A DNA stretch of 64,000 bases from an uncultured Acidobacteriota bacterium (GTDB lineage Bacteria > Acidobacteriota > Vicinamibacteria > Vicinamibacterales > UBA8438): the NCBI GenBank assembly GCA_913043225.1, contig CAJWLU010000006.1, positions 32,001 to 96,000 on the forward strand, in the 5' to 3' direction. Position numbers and translations under genes: made by a program. The notes under the pieces are model-generated. The model searched no databases and was not told where the DNA came from. It was given only the letters and a program-made list of their open reading frames with translations. Below are positions 39,990 to 49,830 of this stretch, piece by piece. Within the stretch, counting starts at the first letter, position 1. Each line of letters begins with the position of its first letter.

Positions 39990-42074
39990 CTAGTAACCCC
40001 CGCTGGCCGGTGCAGCCTCTGGGACGGCTACCGCGGCGATACCGTCAGCCAGTTGGACGATGATGTACTGGTGCCCGTCGTGCACCCAGCTCGACATGCC
40101 GTAGCGCGTCACGCCCGGAATCTCGATGCCGCCGACCCGCTCGCCCGTCCGCTTGTCATAGGCGTAGAGCATCGGGGTGTTGTCGGCGCTCAAGCCCCCG
40201 GCAACCAGGAGCGTAGGTGTGACCACCATGGCCGCGTTCCCGCCACGGCCGCGGTTGATCTCAATGTTCTCGAGCCCCTGGACCAGCGGGTGGTTCCGGA
40301 TGGTGTCCTGCTGAGCCTCTGACGCATCGGAGGAGGGTACCGCCCACAGGTGGTCACCGGTGTTGAGGTCGATGGCCGTGATGCGACCCACTGGACCCTT
40401 CCAGATAGGAAGTCCGTCGATGGTGAACTGCTCGATGCTCCCGCGGACCGTCGTGGCCACCGCCGCGAAGTCGGTGTGCGTCGTGCCAGATTGTTCGAGC
40501 TCATCGAGTGGTGAGTCGACGCCAGGCATCACTTGAAGCCTGAAGCAACTGCTCTGCGAGCTGACGAAGATCACCCCGTTCACCGGATCGGCGACTGCGG
40601 GGCCGGTGATGTTGGTGCCGCCGCCGCCGCCCGGACAGTTCCACGCTGGGCCAGCTGGATCGTCGGTGTGGGTGGGGGGATCGAACAGCCCGTTAAAGAG
40701 GTTGTTCTCCTCGGCCACCTGGCGCGCCATCTCCTTGATCTCGGGCGTGTAGTCGATCAGGTGATCCTCGGTTCGTCCCTGCAGGTCATAGGGGGCAGGC
40801 TTGGTGGGGAAGGGCTGGGTTTCAGACAGCTTCTCTCCAGGAATTCTCGAGCTGGGAACCGGTCGCTCCTCGATCGGCCAGATCGGCTCGCCAGTCTCCC
40901 GGTCGAGAGCGTAGAGGAACGCCTGTTTGGTGGCCTGAAAGAGCCCCTTGATCTCACGACCGTCGACGGTTACGTCCATCAAGACCGGTGCGGTGGGAGT
41001 GTCGTAGTTCCAGATGTCGTGGTGCACCATCTGATAATGCCACTCCCGTTCACCGGTATCGGCATTCAGCGCGATGATGCTCGTGCTGAATAGGTTGTCG
41101 CCAGGGTGATGTCCCCCGTAGTAGTCGATGGTGGGGCCGTTCGTTACGATGTAGACCAGCCCGAGCTCGGGGTCGGCTGCCATTGGAGCCCACGACGAGA
41201 CGTCGCCGATCCACTGCCAAGCGTCGTTTTCCCAGGTATCGTGCCCGAACTCGCCGGGCCGCGGGACTACGTTGAACTTCCACTTGTGCTCGCCCGTCCG
41301 CACGTCGTAGCCGAGGATGTCTCCGGGGACGTTCTCGACGCGGGTCTGAAGGTAGCCCTGCTCGGCCGAGTTGCCCACGACGATGGTGTCGTTGACGACG
41401 ATCGGCGGCGACGAAGCGGTGATGTAGCCGATTTCGATCGGGATGCCCTGGCCGGCGTCATAGGGGCGGTCCATGGCGAGCCACGGCCCCCAGTCGGCGA
41501 TAAGGTCCTCGACCAAGTCGACCGTGCCGGTCTCGTTGAAGCCGTCGATCGGCACAGGACGACCCCAGTTCTCGAGCGGTTTTCCGGTCTCGACATCGAG
41601 GGCGTGGAGGAAGAACGCCGGGGAACTAATGAACACCACCCCGCGGCCATCGATCTCGGTGTAGGCGATGCCCTTGCCGTACCCCTTCCGCATGGAATAG
41701 TCGTGGCGAAATGTGTTGGGCTCGCGAAAGCTCCAGATCAGGTCCCCATTCTTCGGATCGATCGCCACAACGTGACGCCGGTCACCGGCGACCGTGATGA
41801 GCTTGCCGTCGATGTAGGATGGCGTAGCGCGCGGGGTGCTGGGGCCGAAGCTGGTCGCGCTCCACTCCCACACGACCTCGAGGTCGTTGAAGTTGTCGGC
41901 CGTGATCTCGGTGGCCGGGGTGTATCGGGTATGCCAGGCGTCGCCGCCCAGATAGGTCCAGTTGCCATTCTCGGTGCCAGGCCCTTGAGCCAGCGCCGCA
42001 CCGGGGAGGGCAAGTGCGCAGGCTAGCGCCGCCGCCAGCGCGAGCGGGGGCCTGCGTCGTTCGGTGGCTCTCAT
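39990..42074 (-). CDS. PQQ-dependent glucose/quinate dehydrogenase-like protein (soluble, exported)
   Basis: Signal peptide, PGDNLFSTSIIAL, HHDIWNYDTPTAP, TKQAFLY and PIEERPVP...TQPFP. Confidence 0.88.
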   Translation of the reverse strand: MRATERRRPPLALAAALACALALPGAALAQGPGTENGNWTYLGGDAWHTRYTPATEITADNFNDLEVVWEWSATSFGPSTPRATPSYIDGKLITVAGDRRHVVAIDPKNGDLIWSFREPNTFRHDYSMRKGYGKGIAYTEIDGRGVVFISSPAFFLHALDVETGKPLENWGRPVPIDGFNETGTVDLVEDLIADWGPWLAMDRPYDAGQGIPIEIGYITASSPPIVVNDTIVVGNSAEQGYLQTRVENVPGDILGYDVRTGEHKWKFNVVPRPGEFGHDTWENDAWQWIGDVSSWAPMAADPELGLVYIVTNGPTIDYYGGHHPGDNLFSTSIIALNADTGEREWHYQMVHHDIWNYDTPTAPVLMDVTVDGREIKGLFQATKQAFLYALDRETGEPIWPIEERPVPSSRIPGEKLSETQPFPTKPAPYDLQGRTEDHLIDYTPEIKEMARQVAEENNLFNGLFDPPTHTDDPAGPAWNCPGGGGGTNITGPAVADPVNGVIFVSSQSSCFRLQVMPGVDSPLDELEQSGTTHTDFAAVATTVRGSIEQFTIDGLPIWKGPVGRITAIDLNTGDHLWAVPSSDASEAQQDTIRNHPLVQGLENIEINRGRGGNAAMVVTPTLLVAGGLSADNTPMLYAYDKRTGERVGGIEIPGVTRYGMSSWVHDGHQYIIVQLADGIAAVAVPEAAPASGGY

Positions 42075-42154
42075 ACGCCTTCTGCTCCTGGTAGTGTGTT
42101 CGGAACGCTCCGTCGACCATGTCATGGTAACAGCCAGCAGGGGCAGATGAGAAG

Positions 42155-42940
42155 GTGAGCACAGACCCGCACCGCCCACACGACGCGTACTCCCGCGTGA
42201 ACTACCGCCGTCTGTTTGCCTGGGAGCAGCGCATTACTCGCGAGGCGCCGCTCTTGCTAAGGCTGCTAGAGCAGGCACCAGACCGCTCGGTCCTGGACCT
42301 GGGCTGCGGCACTGGGGAGCATGTGGCGTTCTTTGCGGAGCAGGGAGCGCGTGCTGTGGGTCTCGATCTCTCGGACTCGATGATCTCGGTGGCACGTGGC
42401 TACGAGGAGGCGGGAAAGGGCCGCTTCGTGTTGGGCGACGCGACGGAAGCGCAGGCCCTGCTTGTCGACGATCCACCGTTTGGACTGGCGATTTGCCTGG
42501 GCAACATGTTGCCGCACCTCGAGGACGCGGATCTGGGCCGGTTCCTGCAGGCCACGCGGGCAAAGCTACTGCCTGGGGGCACAGTGATGATCCAGTTGCT
42601 CAACTATGAGCCGGTGCTCGACGGTGGGCGACGGGCGCTCCCGGTAAACGTCCGCTCGGGTGACGACGGCAAGGAGATCGTGTTCGTGCGGGTGATGTCG
42701 AGGGGCGCGCCGGGTCGCGTACTGTTCTTCCCCTCGACGTTGGAGCTCGACCCTAAAGCGAAAGAGCCGCTCAGTGTGAGGTCGAGTAGACGGCTTGACC
42801 TTCGCGCCTGGACGAGGGATGACCTCGAGCCGGTACTAGACGAAGTTGGCTTCGACGCTAGCTTCGCCGGTGAGATAACGGGCGCGGAATTCGAGCCGAA
42901 CCGTTCTGCGGACCTGGTCGTGATGGCTCGGCGTCGTTGA
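42155..42940 (+). CDS. Class I SAM-dependent methyltransferase
   Basis: VLDLGCGTG, GLDLS, CLGNMLPHL and LLPGG. Confidence 0.9.
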   Translation: MSTDPHRPHDAYSRVNYRRLFAWEQRITREAPLLLRLLEQAPDRSVLDLGCGTGEHVAFFAEQGARAVGLDLSDSMISVARGYEEAGKGRFVLGDATEAQALLVDDPPFGLAICLGNMLPHLEDADLGRFLQATRAKLLPGGTVMIQLLNYEPVLDGGRRALPVNVRSGDDGKEIVFVRVMSRGAPGRVLFFPSTLELDPKAKEPLSVRSSRRLDLRAWTRDDLEPVLDEVGFDASFAGEITGAEFEPNRSADLVVMARRR

Positions 42941-42944
42941 GAGA

Positions 42945-44678
42945 TCAGTTCGCGGCGAGGCAGTCACCGCCGTTGACCGGCTGCCAGCGGGGCCTGCCGA
43001 ACTCGTCCGCGTGCAGGCGGCCACCCCGGGCTCGCAGCCAGTCGGCAGTTGCATCGCGCACCAGTGGCGCGGCTGAGAGGGTTTCCGCAGGTCCCGACAG
43101 GGTGCCGACACCCACCCGCCGACCGAAGAAATCCGTCGCGGCCACCGTCAGACGTGCGTCCGGGTGAATGGGCTCACCAGAAACGTGTGCCAGTGTTATG
43201 TCCGCGCCGTCCGGCGCACACGTCACCCGCACCAGCATCCCGGCCACGCTCGGAATACCGCTCCAAGAACGAGCCACCGAGAGTGCCAGGAGACCAGCGA
43301 GGTCGCGGCCGGTCAAAGATAAGGTCACCACGCGGTTGTCGAACGGGAACGCGTCGTAGAGGAGTCCCTGGGTGAGGGGGCCAGCGGGGAGACTGGCGCG
43401 CAGACCGCCACGACGGACCCCCAGTCCGACAGCCACATCGGCATCTGGCACGGCCGAGAGGAGCGCCTCGGCAAAGAGGTTGCCCAGCGGCGATTCGAAA
43501 CCGTCAGTACGCCGGTCAAGTGGTGTGACCAGGGTCACACCCACCGGTGCGGTTCGCCACGTATTCACCCTGTCGAGCTGTGGCCGCATTGCCGCAGCCA
43601 CGTTGGGATCGGGCTGGAGGAGCTCACCCTCATAGGTTGAGCGCGCGACTCCTGCGGTTGCGCAGGCGCCCTGGCTGTCGACGAAGGCGCAGACCCCCTG
43701 GGGGGCAAAGATGTGGCTCTCGACTACGCCGGTTCCGGGCTGCACGAGTAAGTCGAGTCGTGCGAATGCGGCGCCACGCTGGAACGCTTGGACGATCGGG
43801 ATGCCGGCCACTTCGTGACCGACCCCGGCATGCGTGTGTCCGGCTACGATGCCATCCACGAGGCCTGGAGGGAGCTGTCGCGCAAGGGTGAAGACCTCGG
43901 AATCGTCGCCACACGAAGTGAGATTTTGAGGATCGTCGAATCGCTCGCACCAACCGCCGGCATGGGAGAGTACGAGAACAATATCGGCGCCGCGTTCTCG
44001 AAGACGCCGTGCCTCGGCCTCCACCGCAGGGAGTAGCGGACGCGTGCTGAGCCCCTGCACGTTGGCCTGGATCGTCTGGCGAAGCCCGCCGTAAGTCATC
44101 ACCCCGATGATGCCGATCTGAATGCCAGCGGTTTCAATCAGGGTCGAAGGCTGAACATTCGGCCAGGACACAGGTATGCCAGTGGCGTTGTCGATCACAT
44201 TCGCCGCCAGGAAGGGGAAGCGGGCGCGGGCGGCAGCCGCTTTGAGGGCGCCCCGCATGTCTGTCGCTGCCGGACCGCTCGCGCCGTCGAGCGCGCCGTA
44301 CTCGAAGTCGTGGTTTCCGACAGCGAGCGCGTGATAGCCCAGTGCGTTGTAGGCGTCGATGACGAGCGCACCTTCCGACAGGTTGGACTCGATCCCGCCC
44401 TGGAACGTGTCTCCGGCGTCGAGAAGTAGCACGGCGCCGCCGTCTTTGGCTCGAGCCGCGCGGAGATTGCGTAGGTATCCACCCAGGAGGGCGAGGCCGC
44501 CTCGACCATTCGCCGAGAAGACGCGTCCGTGCAGGTCGGTGGTGCCAACGATGGAAAGAACGACCGCGCTGGGTGGTTGCGCAGGTTGAGCGTTAGCCGA
44601 GGCCTGGGCGCAAGCCCAGACCGCGAGCATAGAGAATAGGGCGCAACGGCCACCGGAGGTCCCGGCCCTCCGAGGCAT
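42945..44678 (-). CDS. Bifunctional metallophosphatase / 5'-nucleotidase
   Basis: TTDLHG, DAGDTFQG, GNHDFEYG, AGHTH, ESPLGNL and PFDN. Confidence 0.9.
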   Translation of the reverse strand: MPRRAGTSGGRCALFSMLAVWACAQASANAQPAQPPSAVVLSIVGTTDLHGRVFSANGRGGLALLGGYLRNLRAARAKDGGAVLLLDAGDTFQGGIESNLSEGALVIDAYNALGYHALAVGNHDFEYGALDGASGPAATDMRGALKAAAARARFPFLAANVIDNATGIPVSWPNVQPSTLIETAGIQIGIIGVMTYGGLRQTIQANVQGLSTRPLLPAVEAEARRLRERGADIVLVLSHAGGWCERFDDPQNLTSCGDDSEVFTLARQLPPGLVDGIVAGHTHAGVGHEVAGIPIVQAFQRGAAFARLDLLVQPGTGVVESHIFAPQGVCAFVDSQGACATAGVARSTYEGELLQPDPNVAAAMRPQLDRVNTWRTAPVGVTLVTPLDRRTDGFESPLGNLFAEALLSAVPDADVAVGLGVRRGGLRASLPAGPLTQGLLYDAFPFDNRVVTLSLTGRDLAGLLALSVARSWSGIPSVAGMLVRVTCAPDGADITLAHVSGEPIHPDARLTVAATDFFGRRVGVGTLSGPAETLSAAPLVRDATADWLRARGGRLHADEFGRPRWQPVNGGDCLAAN

Positions 44679-44759
44679 TGGTCCTACCAGGCGACGATAG
44701 AGCAGGCCCCGGGCAGCTTCTTGAGCCAGGCGCGAGGAATCATCGATAGCATGGGCCTC

Positions 44760-45623
44760 CTAGGCGAGCGCCTCCTCGAAGATCGCGAGCATTCGGGCCC
44801 AGGCCTGCTCGGCCAGCGCCTCGTCGTAGACACGGGAGTCGGGCGGACACCAGCCGTGCAGTGCGTCATAGACCTCGATTTCGGCTGGCACGCTGGCCGA
44901 GGCGAATGCGTCGCGCAGTACGTCCTTGGCCTCGGGCTCGTTCTCATCGTCGTTCGAGGCAATCGCGATCAGCAGATGTGCCTCCATCTGTGGGATCAGC
45001 AGGTGGGGGCTGTCCTCGCCATCGGTCACGAGACCGCCTCCGTGGAAGGACGCGCCAGCCCCGACCCGGTCAGGCAGCGTGGCGGCGGTGCGCATGACAA
45101 ACGGGCCGCCCATGCAATAGCCCATCGTGCCCATCTTGCGGTTCGAGTCGACCGAGGTCTGCTCGTCGAGCCATCCGACGAAGGCTCTGGCGTCGGTTAC
45201 CTGGGTGTCTGGGTTTAGCGTGCCCATCAGTGGGCGGATAATGCCGCTGACTTCCGAGAAGTCGTTGGAACTAACTATGGGCGCTCGCTGCGACCGATAG
45301 TACTGGTTGACCACGAGCACGGAATAGCCCGATTCCGCGAGCCGTTTGGCCATCTGGCGTTTCGCCGGTCGGAGACCGAAGGCGTCGGGCCAAATCAGCA
45401 CGCCCGGATGGGTCCCGCTTGCGGGATGCACAAAGTAGCTGTCGGCCACTCCGTCAGGGGTCGTGATGTCGATCTCATGCTCGGTGACCGCTTGGGCGTT
45501 GGCCGGGCTTGGAAGCAAGGCGGCGAGCCCGGCGACTGCCGATGCCGCGCCAAACTGTCGTCGTGTGATCCGCTGTCCGCTGAGAAAGTCCGCGTTTGCC
45601 GATTCGGTTCGTTCGTCACACAT
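44760..45623 (-). CDS. Dienelactone hydrolase family protein with Tat-like signal
   Basis: TRRQF, WPDAFGLRP, GYCMGG, SFHGG and LHGWC. Confidence 0.9.
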   Translation of the reverse strand: MCDERTESANADFLSGQRITRRQFGAASAVAGLAALLPSPANAQAVTEHEIDITTPDGVADSYFVHPASGTHPGVLIWPDAFGLRPAKRQMAKRLAESGYSVLVVNQYYRSQRAPIVSSNDFSEVSGIIRPLMGTLNPDTQVTDARAFVGWLDEQTSVDSNRKMGTMGYCMGGPFVMRTAATLPDRVGAGASFHGGGLVTDGEDSPHLLIPQMEAHLLIAIASNDDENEPEAKDVLRDAFASASVPAEIEVYDALHGWCPPDSRVYDEALAEQAWARMLAIFEEALA

Positions 45624-45673
45624 CAGGGACCTCCGAGTGAGCCACTGGATTACTGCGAGGCCTCCATCTTATG

Positions 45674-46384
45674 TCAGTCGGCCGGAGGGTGGGGTGCACG
45701 CTGATAGCGGAGCGCATTTCCCTCCTTTCCGCAGATGGTAAGGGCGCCGCCCTCGCGCAGGACGTAGGCTAGTTTCTGCGCCAGCCGGCGGGGCTGGGCG
45801 AGTGCCTCTCCTAGCTCGGCCGTTGTGAACTGCTCCGGAAGCGGAGAGCGGAGGAGTCCGAATAGGTCGTGGAGTGCACGGAAGCGGTGCCGGCTAACAA
45901 TGCGGGTTAGCTCTCGCGATTCGACCCGCCAGCCGCCTCGACGCCGAGTCCGCTTCGGATCGTATCTCCGGAGTTCGTCTAGTTCGACCATCACGACCTC
46001 GATCTCGAAATTGGGGTGAGCGAGCAGGTCGGGAATGTAGACGAGTTCTGAGGCGACGAGAGCTGGGTGACCGTGTTTGGGGGATCTGCGACAGGTGGGG
46101 GGACTGACCCCGTCCATCGAGAGCTTCACGATCCGGTAACGTGCCGCGATCGGATGCACGAGGACGACGCGGTGTTGCTGGAGGAGCGCCCGCAGTTTTC
46201 GACGGATGGCGCTAAAGCCGGCCGTCTGGATTTCATACAGGACGCCGTCCGTGCCTCGGACGTCTGCCACGAAGTCGCCAGCGGGCACCTCGATCGCGCT
46301 ATCGCCCGACCGCCCATACTGGTGTAAATACTCAAGCTTGAGTGCTTCGTGTAGCGGTCCCTCGTTCAGCGTTCCGATGGGCAT
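45674..46384 (-). CDS. Conserved hypothetical protein, possible PD-(D/E)xK-like fold
   Basis: GTLNEGPLHEALK, FVADV, YEIQT and a possible C-terminal winged helix. Confidence 0.65.
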   Translation of the reverse strand: MPIGTLNEGPLHEALKLEYLHQYGRSGDSAIEVPAGDFVADVRGTDGVLYEIQTAGFSAIRRKLRALLQQHRVVLVHPIAARYRIVKLSMDGVSPPTCRRSPKHGHPALVASELVYIPDLLAHPNFEIEVVMVELDELRRYDPKRTRRRGGWRVESRELTRIVSRHRFRALHDLFGLLRSPLPEQFTTAELGEALAQPRRLAQKLAYVLREGGALTICGKEGNALRYQRAPHPPAD

Positions 46385-46715
46385 GCTGCGACCTTCAATA
46401 ACGCCTCAGGTGCTGCTATGTGAGTCGACTGCCGCTCGCCACTCGCACGGTTCGGAGTCAAAGCGAGACGCGATCTCACCGATCTGGCCGCTATAGTAGC
46501 GGGAAGGTGAGCCTCTCAGGATGGCAGGAGAAGGGAGACCTCTGGGTTGTTTCGAGCTGCCAAACCTGCTCTGCAAGCGCGGTCTCGCGGTTGCCGGCTG
46601 GAACTCAGCCACAGTGAGATTGTCGCATGGTGGCCCGGATACCGCTTGTCAGGGGGCGAGGGGACGTCTAGTGTGGGGCATACAGGAATCAGCTCGGTCC
46701 GGAAGGAGCCTGAAG

Positions 46716-47705
46716 ATGCGTCAGCGAAGTCTTGCCGCAGTGTTCGTCCTGAGTGCGATCGTGACACCGATGCTGATGTCGGCGCAGGACGCCGGGGGTG
46801 TACCGATGCGGACCGTGGACGGACATCCTGACATTTCCGGGATGTTTACCTTTCGGACCCTGACGCCGTTCGAGCGTCCGGCGCAATTCGAGGGGCTAGA
46901 AACTTTAGGTGTCGAAGAAGCCGCTGCGTTCGAAGCATCGGAACGGACTCGTCAGAACCGCGACCTATTCGATCCGGAGAGGGGCGCTCGCACCGCCGGG
47001 TACGCGCCACGGTCGGAAGGCGGGGTGCTCTCCTATAACGAGTTCTGGTACGAGCGCGGGGTCGAGTTAACGTCGGACAAGCGGACGTCGCTCATCGTTG
47101 ACCCGCCGGACGGGCGGCGCCCTCCGAGGACTGCGGCCGGGCAGGCGGCGTTGGCTCGCCGCCGTGCGCACACCGAGGTCCACCGCTACGACTCGTATGA
47201 AAACCGTACGATGTCCGACCGGTGCCTCGGCACGTCGCTGGCGGGCCCCCCGATGCGATCGGGCGCCTACAACAACAACGCGATGATCTTCCAGACGGCT
47301 GACTATGTAGTCATCCAGAACGAGATGGCGAATCAGTCGCGCATCATCCCACTCGACGATCGGGTGAGGCCCCCATTTGCTCAGCTGAAGGGTCTGTCTC
47401 GCGGGCGGTGGGAAGGGGAGACTCTGGTTGTCGAGACGACGAACTTTCGGGCAGATAGTTCGGTGACTGGCCAGAACTTGCACTTGGTCGAGCGGTTGAC
47501 CCGGCTCGACGCTGACACCGTGACCTACGAATACACCGTGACCGACCCCACGGTGTTTACGGCGCCCTATACCGTCATGATGCCGCTTCGACGGACCGAC
47601 GGTCCGATCTTCGAATACGCCTGCCACGAGGGGAATATTGGGATGTACGGCATTCTGGCCGGAGCGCGTAATCTAGAGCGGCTTGGCCGCGAATTGCGCC
47701 CTTAA
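46716..47705 (+). CDS. Secreted hypothetical protein, EYACHEGN family (paralog 4)
   Basis: RTVDGHPDISGMF, YNNN, SRGRWEGETLVVET and EYACHEGNI. Confidence 0.85.
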   Translation: MRQRSLAAVFVLSAIVTPMLMSAQDAGGVPMRTVDGHPDISGMFTFRTLTPFERPAQFEGLETLGVEEAAAFEASERTRQNRDLFDPERGARTAGYAPRSEGGVLSYNEFWYERGVELTSDKRTSLIVDPPDGRRPPRTAAGQAALARRRAHTEVHRYDSYENRTMSDRCLGTSLAGPPMRSGAYNNNAMIFQTADYVVIQNEMANQSRIIPLDDRVRPPFAQLKGLSRGRWEGETLVVETTNFRADSSVTGQNLHLVERLTRLDADTVTYEYTVTDPTVFTAPYTVMMPLRRTDGPIFEYACHEGNIGMYGILAGARNLERLGRELRP

Positions 47706-47752
47706 AGTCGAATTCAAATCGTAAGCTCCGTCGCTATCGCAAGGAGAAGTAG

Positions 47753-49816
47753 ATGCTGCCTCGTTCCCGCTACGTCGTCTTGGCCACATTGCTCGCGCTT
47801 GGTCTGGCCGGGGGCGTCGGCCTCCGGTCACAAGGGCCAACCGGCGGGTATCCCCGCAGCGACTGGCCTTTGGCCGGCGGAGACCGGTCGAGCACTCGGT
47901 ATTCGGCCCTCACCGAGATCTCCACCGAGACGATCGAGCGTCTCGGAGGTGCCTGGGTGACGCGGTTTGAGGGGGGCGCGTCTTCACGTGCGACTCCGGT
48001 TGTTCAGGACGGCGTGCTGTACCTCACTGGCGGCGCGAACGTGTACGCGCTCGATGCGAGGAATGGCGACCAGATCTGGCGCTGGCAGGCCCAGGACGGC
48101 AGCGGCATGGTGCCGTCGTGGCAGGGCGTCGGCTTGAGCGATGACCTGGTCTTCGTAGGGCTGCGGAGTGGCGAGGTGATGGCCCTTCGTAGGGATACGG
48201 GGGAGCAGGTCTGGAACGAACGGGTCGGTAGTGATCCGCATCAGGATGGCGAAGCTGTGACGTCGGCCCCGATGTATGCCCTGGGGCGAGTGTTCGTTGG
48301 GTTGGCCAACGGAGACACTGGGGGGCAGGGTCGGATCATTGCGCTCGACGCCGAAACTGGTCAGACCCAGTGGACGTTCTTCATCGTTCCGCGCCCAGGC
48401 GAGTTCGGGCACGAGACCTGGCCGCAAGACTCGGACTCGTGGGAACTGGGTGGCGGTGGCGTGTGGCTGTTGGGTACCGTCGATCCGGAGCTGGGTCTGG
48501 TCTATTTCTCCACTGGTAACCCGGCCCCGATGTTCGGGGGTGAGATCCGCGAGGGCGACAACCTCTTTACCGCGTCGGTGCTGGCGTTGGACGTGGAGAC
48601 GGGCGAACGGCGGTGGCATTACCAGGTGGTACGGCATGATGTCTGGGACGCAGACATCGCAACCCCGTTGCTGCTCTACGACCACGACACCGGGACCGGC
48701 GCACCGCGCAAGGCCGTGGCCGCCATGCGTGCCGATGGGATCCTGTTTCTTTTCGATCGAGAGACCGGGGAGCCGTTGATCGAGATCGAGGAGCGCGAAG
48801 TCCCACAGGACGAGTACCAGAAGACGGCGCCAACCCAGCCGTTTCCGGTGGGCGTTGAGAGTATTCTTCCCGACTGTTCGTACTGGCGCGACCGAGTGCC
48901 ACCGCCCTTCGAACTCAGCTGCAGCAGCTACACCCCGCCGATGGTGAACGAACACACTATCGTGGCGCCGAATGTGCCTATTCCGCGGGTGCGGGTTACC
49001 CCGATGTCATTCAGTCCGCAGACCGGCTACATCTATGCTCAAGGCCGGGCCGTGGTCGGGCGCGCACGCCGGTTCGAAGATCCATTCCACTGGCGGCTCG
49101 ACGACAACGAACTAACCCTGCCGGATCCGGTCGGGGTGCTGGCGGCGGTCGACACGCGCACCCAGGAAATTGTCTGGAAGCACGAAATGCCGGCGTCGTG
49201 GCTGGGCACGAGTGGTCCGCTGACCACGGCAGGAGGGTTGATGTTCAGAGCCTCGGCCGGCGGACAGGTGGAGGCCTACGATGCTGCGAGTGGCGATCGG
49301 CTCTGGACCTTCCGGACGAGCCCGGAAGGGGCTATCGTGCGGCCGGGTCCGGCGAGCACCTATGAGGTCGACGACACGCAGTATCTGTTGATTCCGATGG
49401 GCGCTGAGCTGTGGGCGTTCGCGCTCGATGGCGAGATTCAGGCAAGGGGCGAGCCGATACTGGATCCGTTCAACGGATATGAGCGGGCGCAGCCGCAGCC
49501 CACCCGGACCCGGCGGATCGAAACCGCGACGCTGGTCGAGGGAGTGCGAGGGATGGTGGGCGGCACCCGCTATGGTTTCGACGAGCACCGGTTTAACCCA
49601 GTGCGCGCGCTTGTAACCCAGGGCACCCGCGTCCAGTTCATCAACAACGGCGAAGAGGCGCACACCATCGCGGCGCGGGACGGGAGCTGGTCGACCGATG
49701 CCATCGAGAGCGCCGAGTGGGGCTATGCCACCTTCGACGAGGTAGGGACCTTCCTGTATCACTGCGCCGACCACCCGTGGGCGATTGGGCAGATCACGGT
49801 CGAGGCCGCAGAGTAG
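47753..49816 (+). CDS. PQQ-dependent dehydrogenase fused to C-terminal cupredoxin domain
   Basis: PQQ propeller (RATP, GDNLF, RHDVWDAD) followed by FNP...EAHTI...YHCADHPWAIGQITV. Confidence 0.85.
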   Translation: MLPRSRYVVLATLLALGLAGGVGLRSQGPTGGYPRSDWPLAGGDRSSTRYSALTEISTETIERLGGAWVTRFEGGASSRATPVVQDGVLYLTGGANVYALDARNGDQIWRWQAQDGSGMVPSWQGVGLSDDLVFVGLRSGEVMALRRDTGEQVWNERVGSDPHQDGEAVTSAPMYALGRVFVGLANGDTGGQGRIIALDAETGQTQWTFFIVPRPGEFGHETWPQDSDSWELGGGGVWLLGTVDPELGLVYFSTGNPAPMFGGEIREGDNLFTASVLALDVETGERRWHYQVVRHDVWDADIATPLLLYDHDTGTGAPRKAVAAMRADGILFLFDRETGEPLIEIEEREVPQDEYQKTAPTQPFPVGVESILPDCSYWRDRVPPPFELSCSSYTPPMVNEHTIVAPNVPIPRVRVTPMSFSPQTGYIYAQGRAVVGRARRFEDPFHWRLDDNELTLPDPVGVLAAVDTRTQEIVWKHEMPASWLGTSGPLTTAGGLMFRASAGGQVEAYDAASGDRLWTFRTSPEGAIVRPGPASTYEVDDTQYLLIPMGAELWAFALDGEIQARGEPILDPFNGYERAQPQPTRTRRIETATLVEGVRGMVGGTRYGFDEHRFNPVRALVTQGTRVQFINNGEEAHTIAARDGSWSTDAIESAEWGYATFDEVGTFLYHCADHPWAIGQITVEAAE

Positions 49817-49830
49817 TTGCGGCGCGGGGG

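Noticed and set aside
46495..46545. GGAAGG...CTCTCAGG...GGAGA resembling a glycine riboswitch
   Set aside because: The conserved elements are in the wrong order, CCGAAG and the supporting stems are missing, and the downstream gene is unrelated to glycine metabolism.
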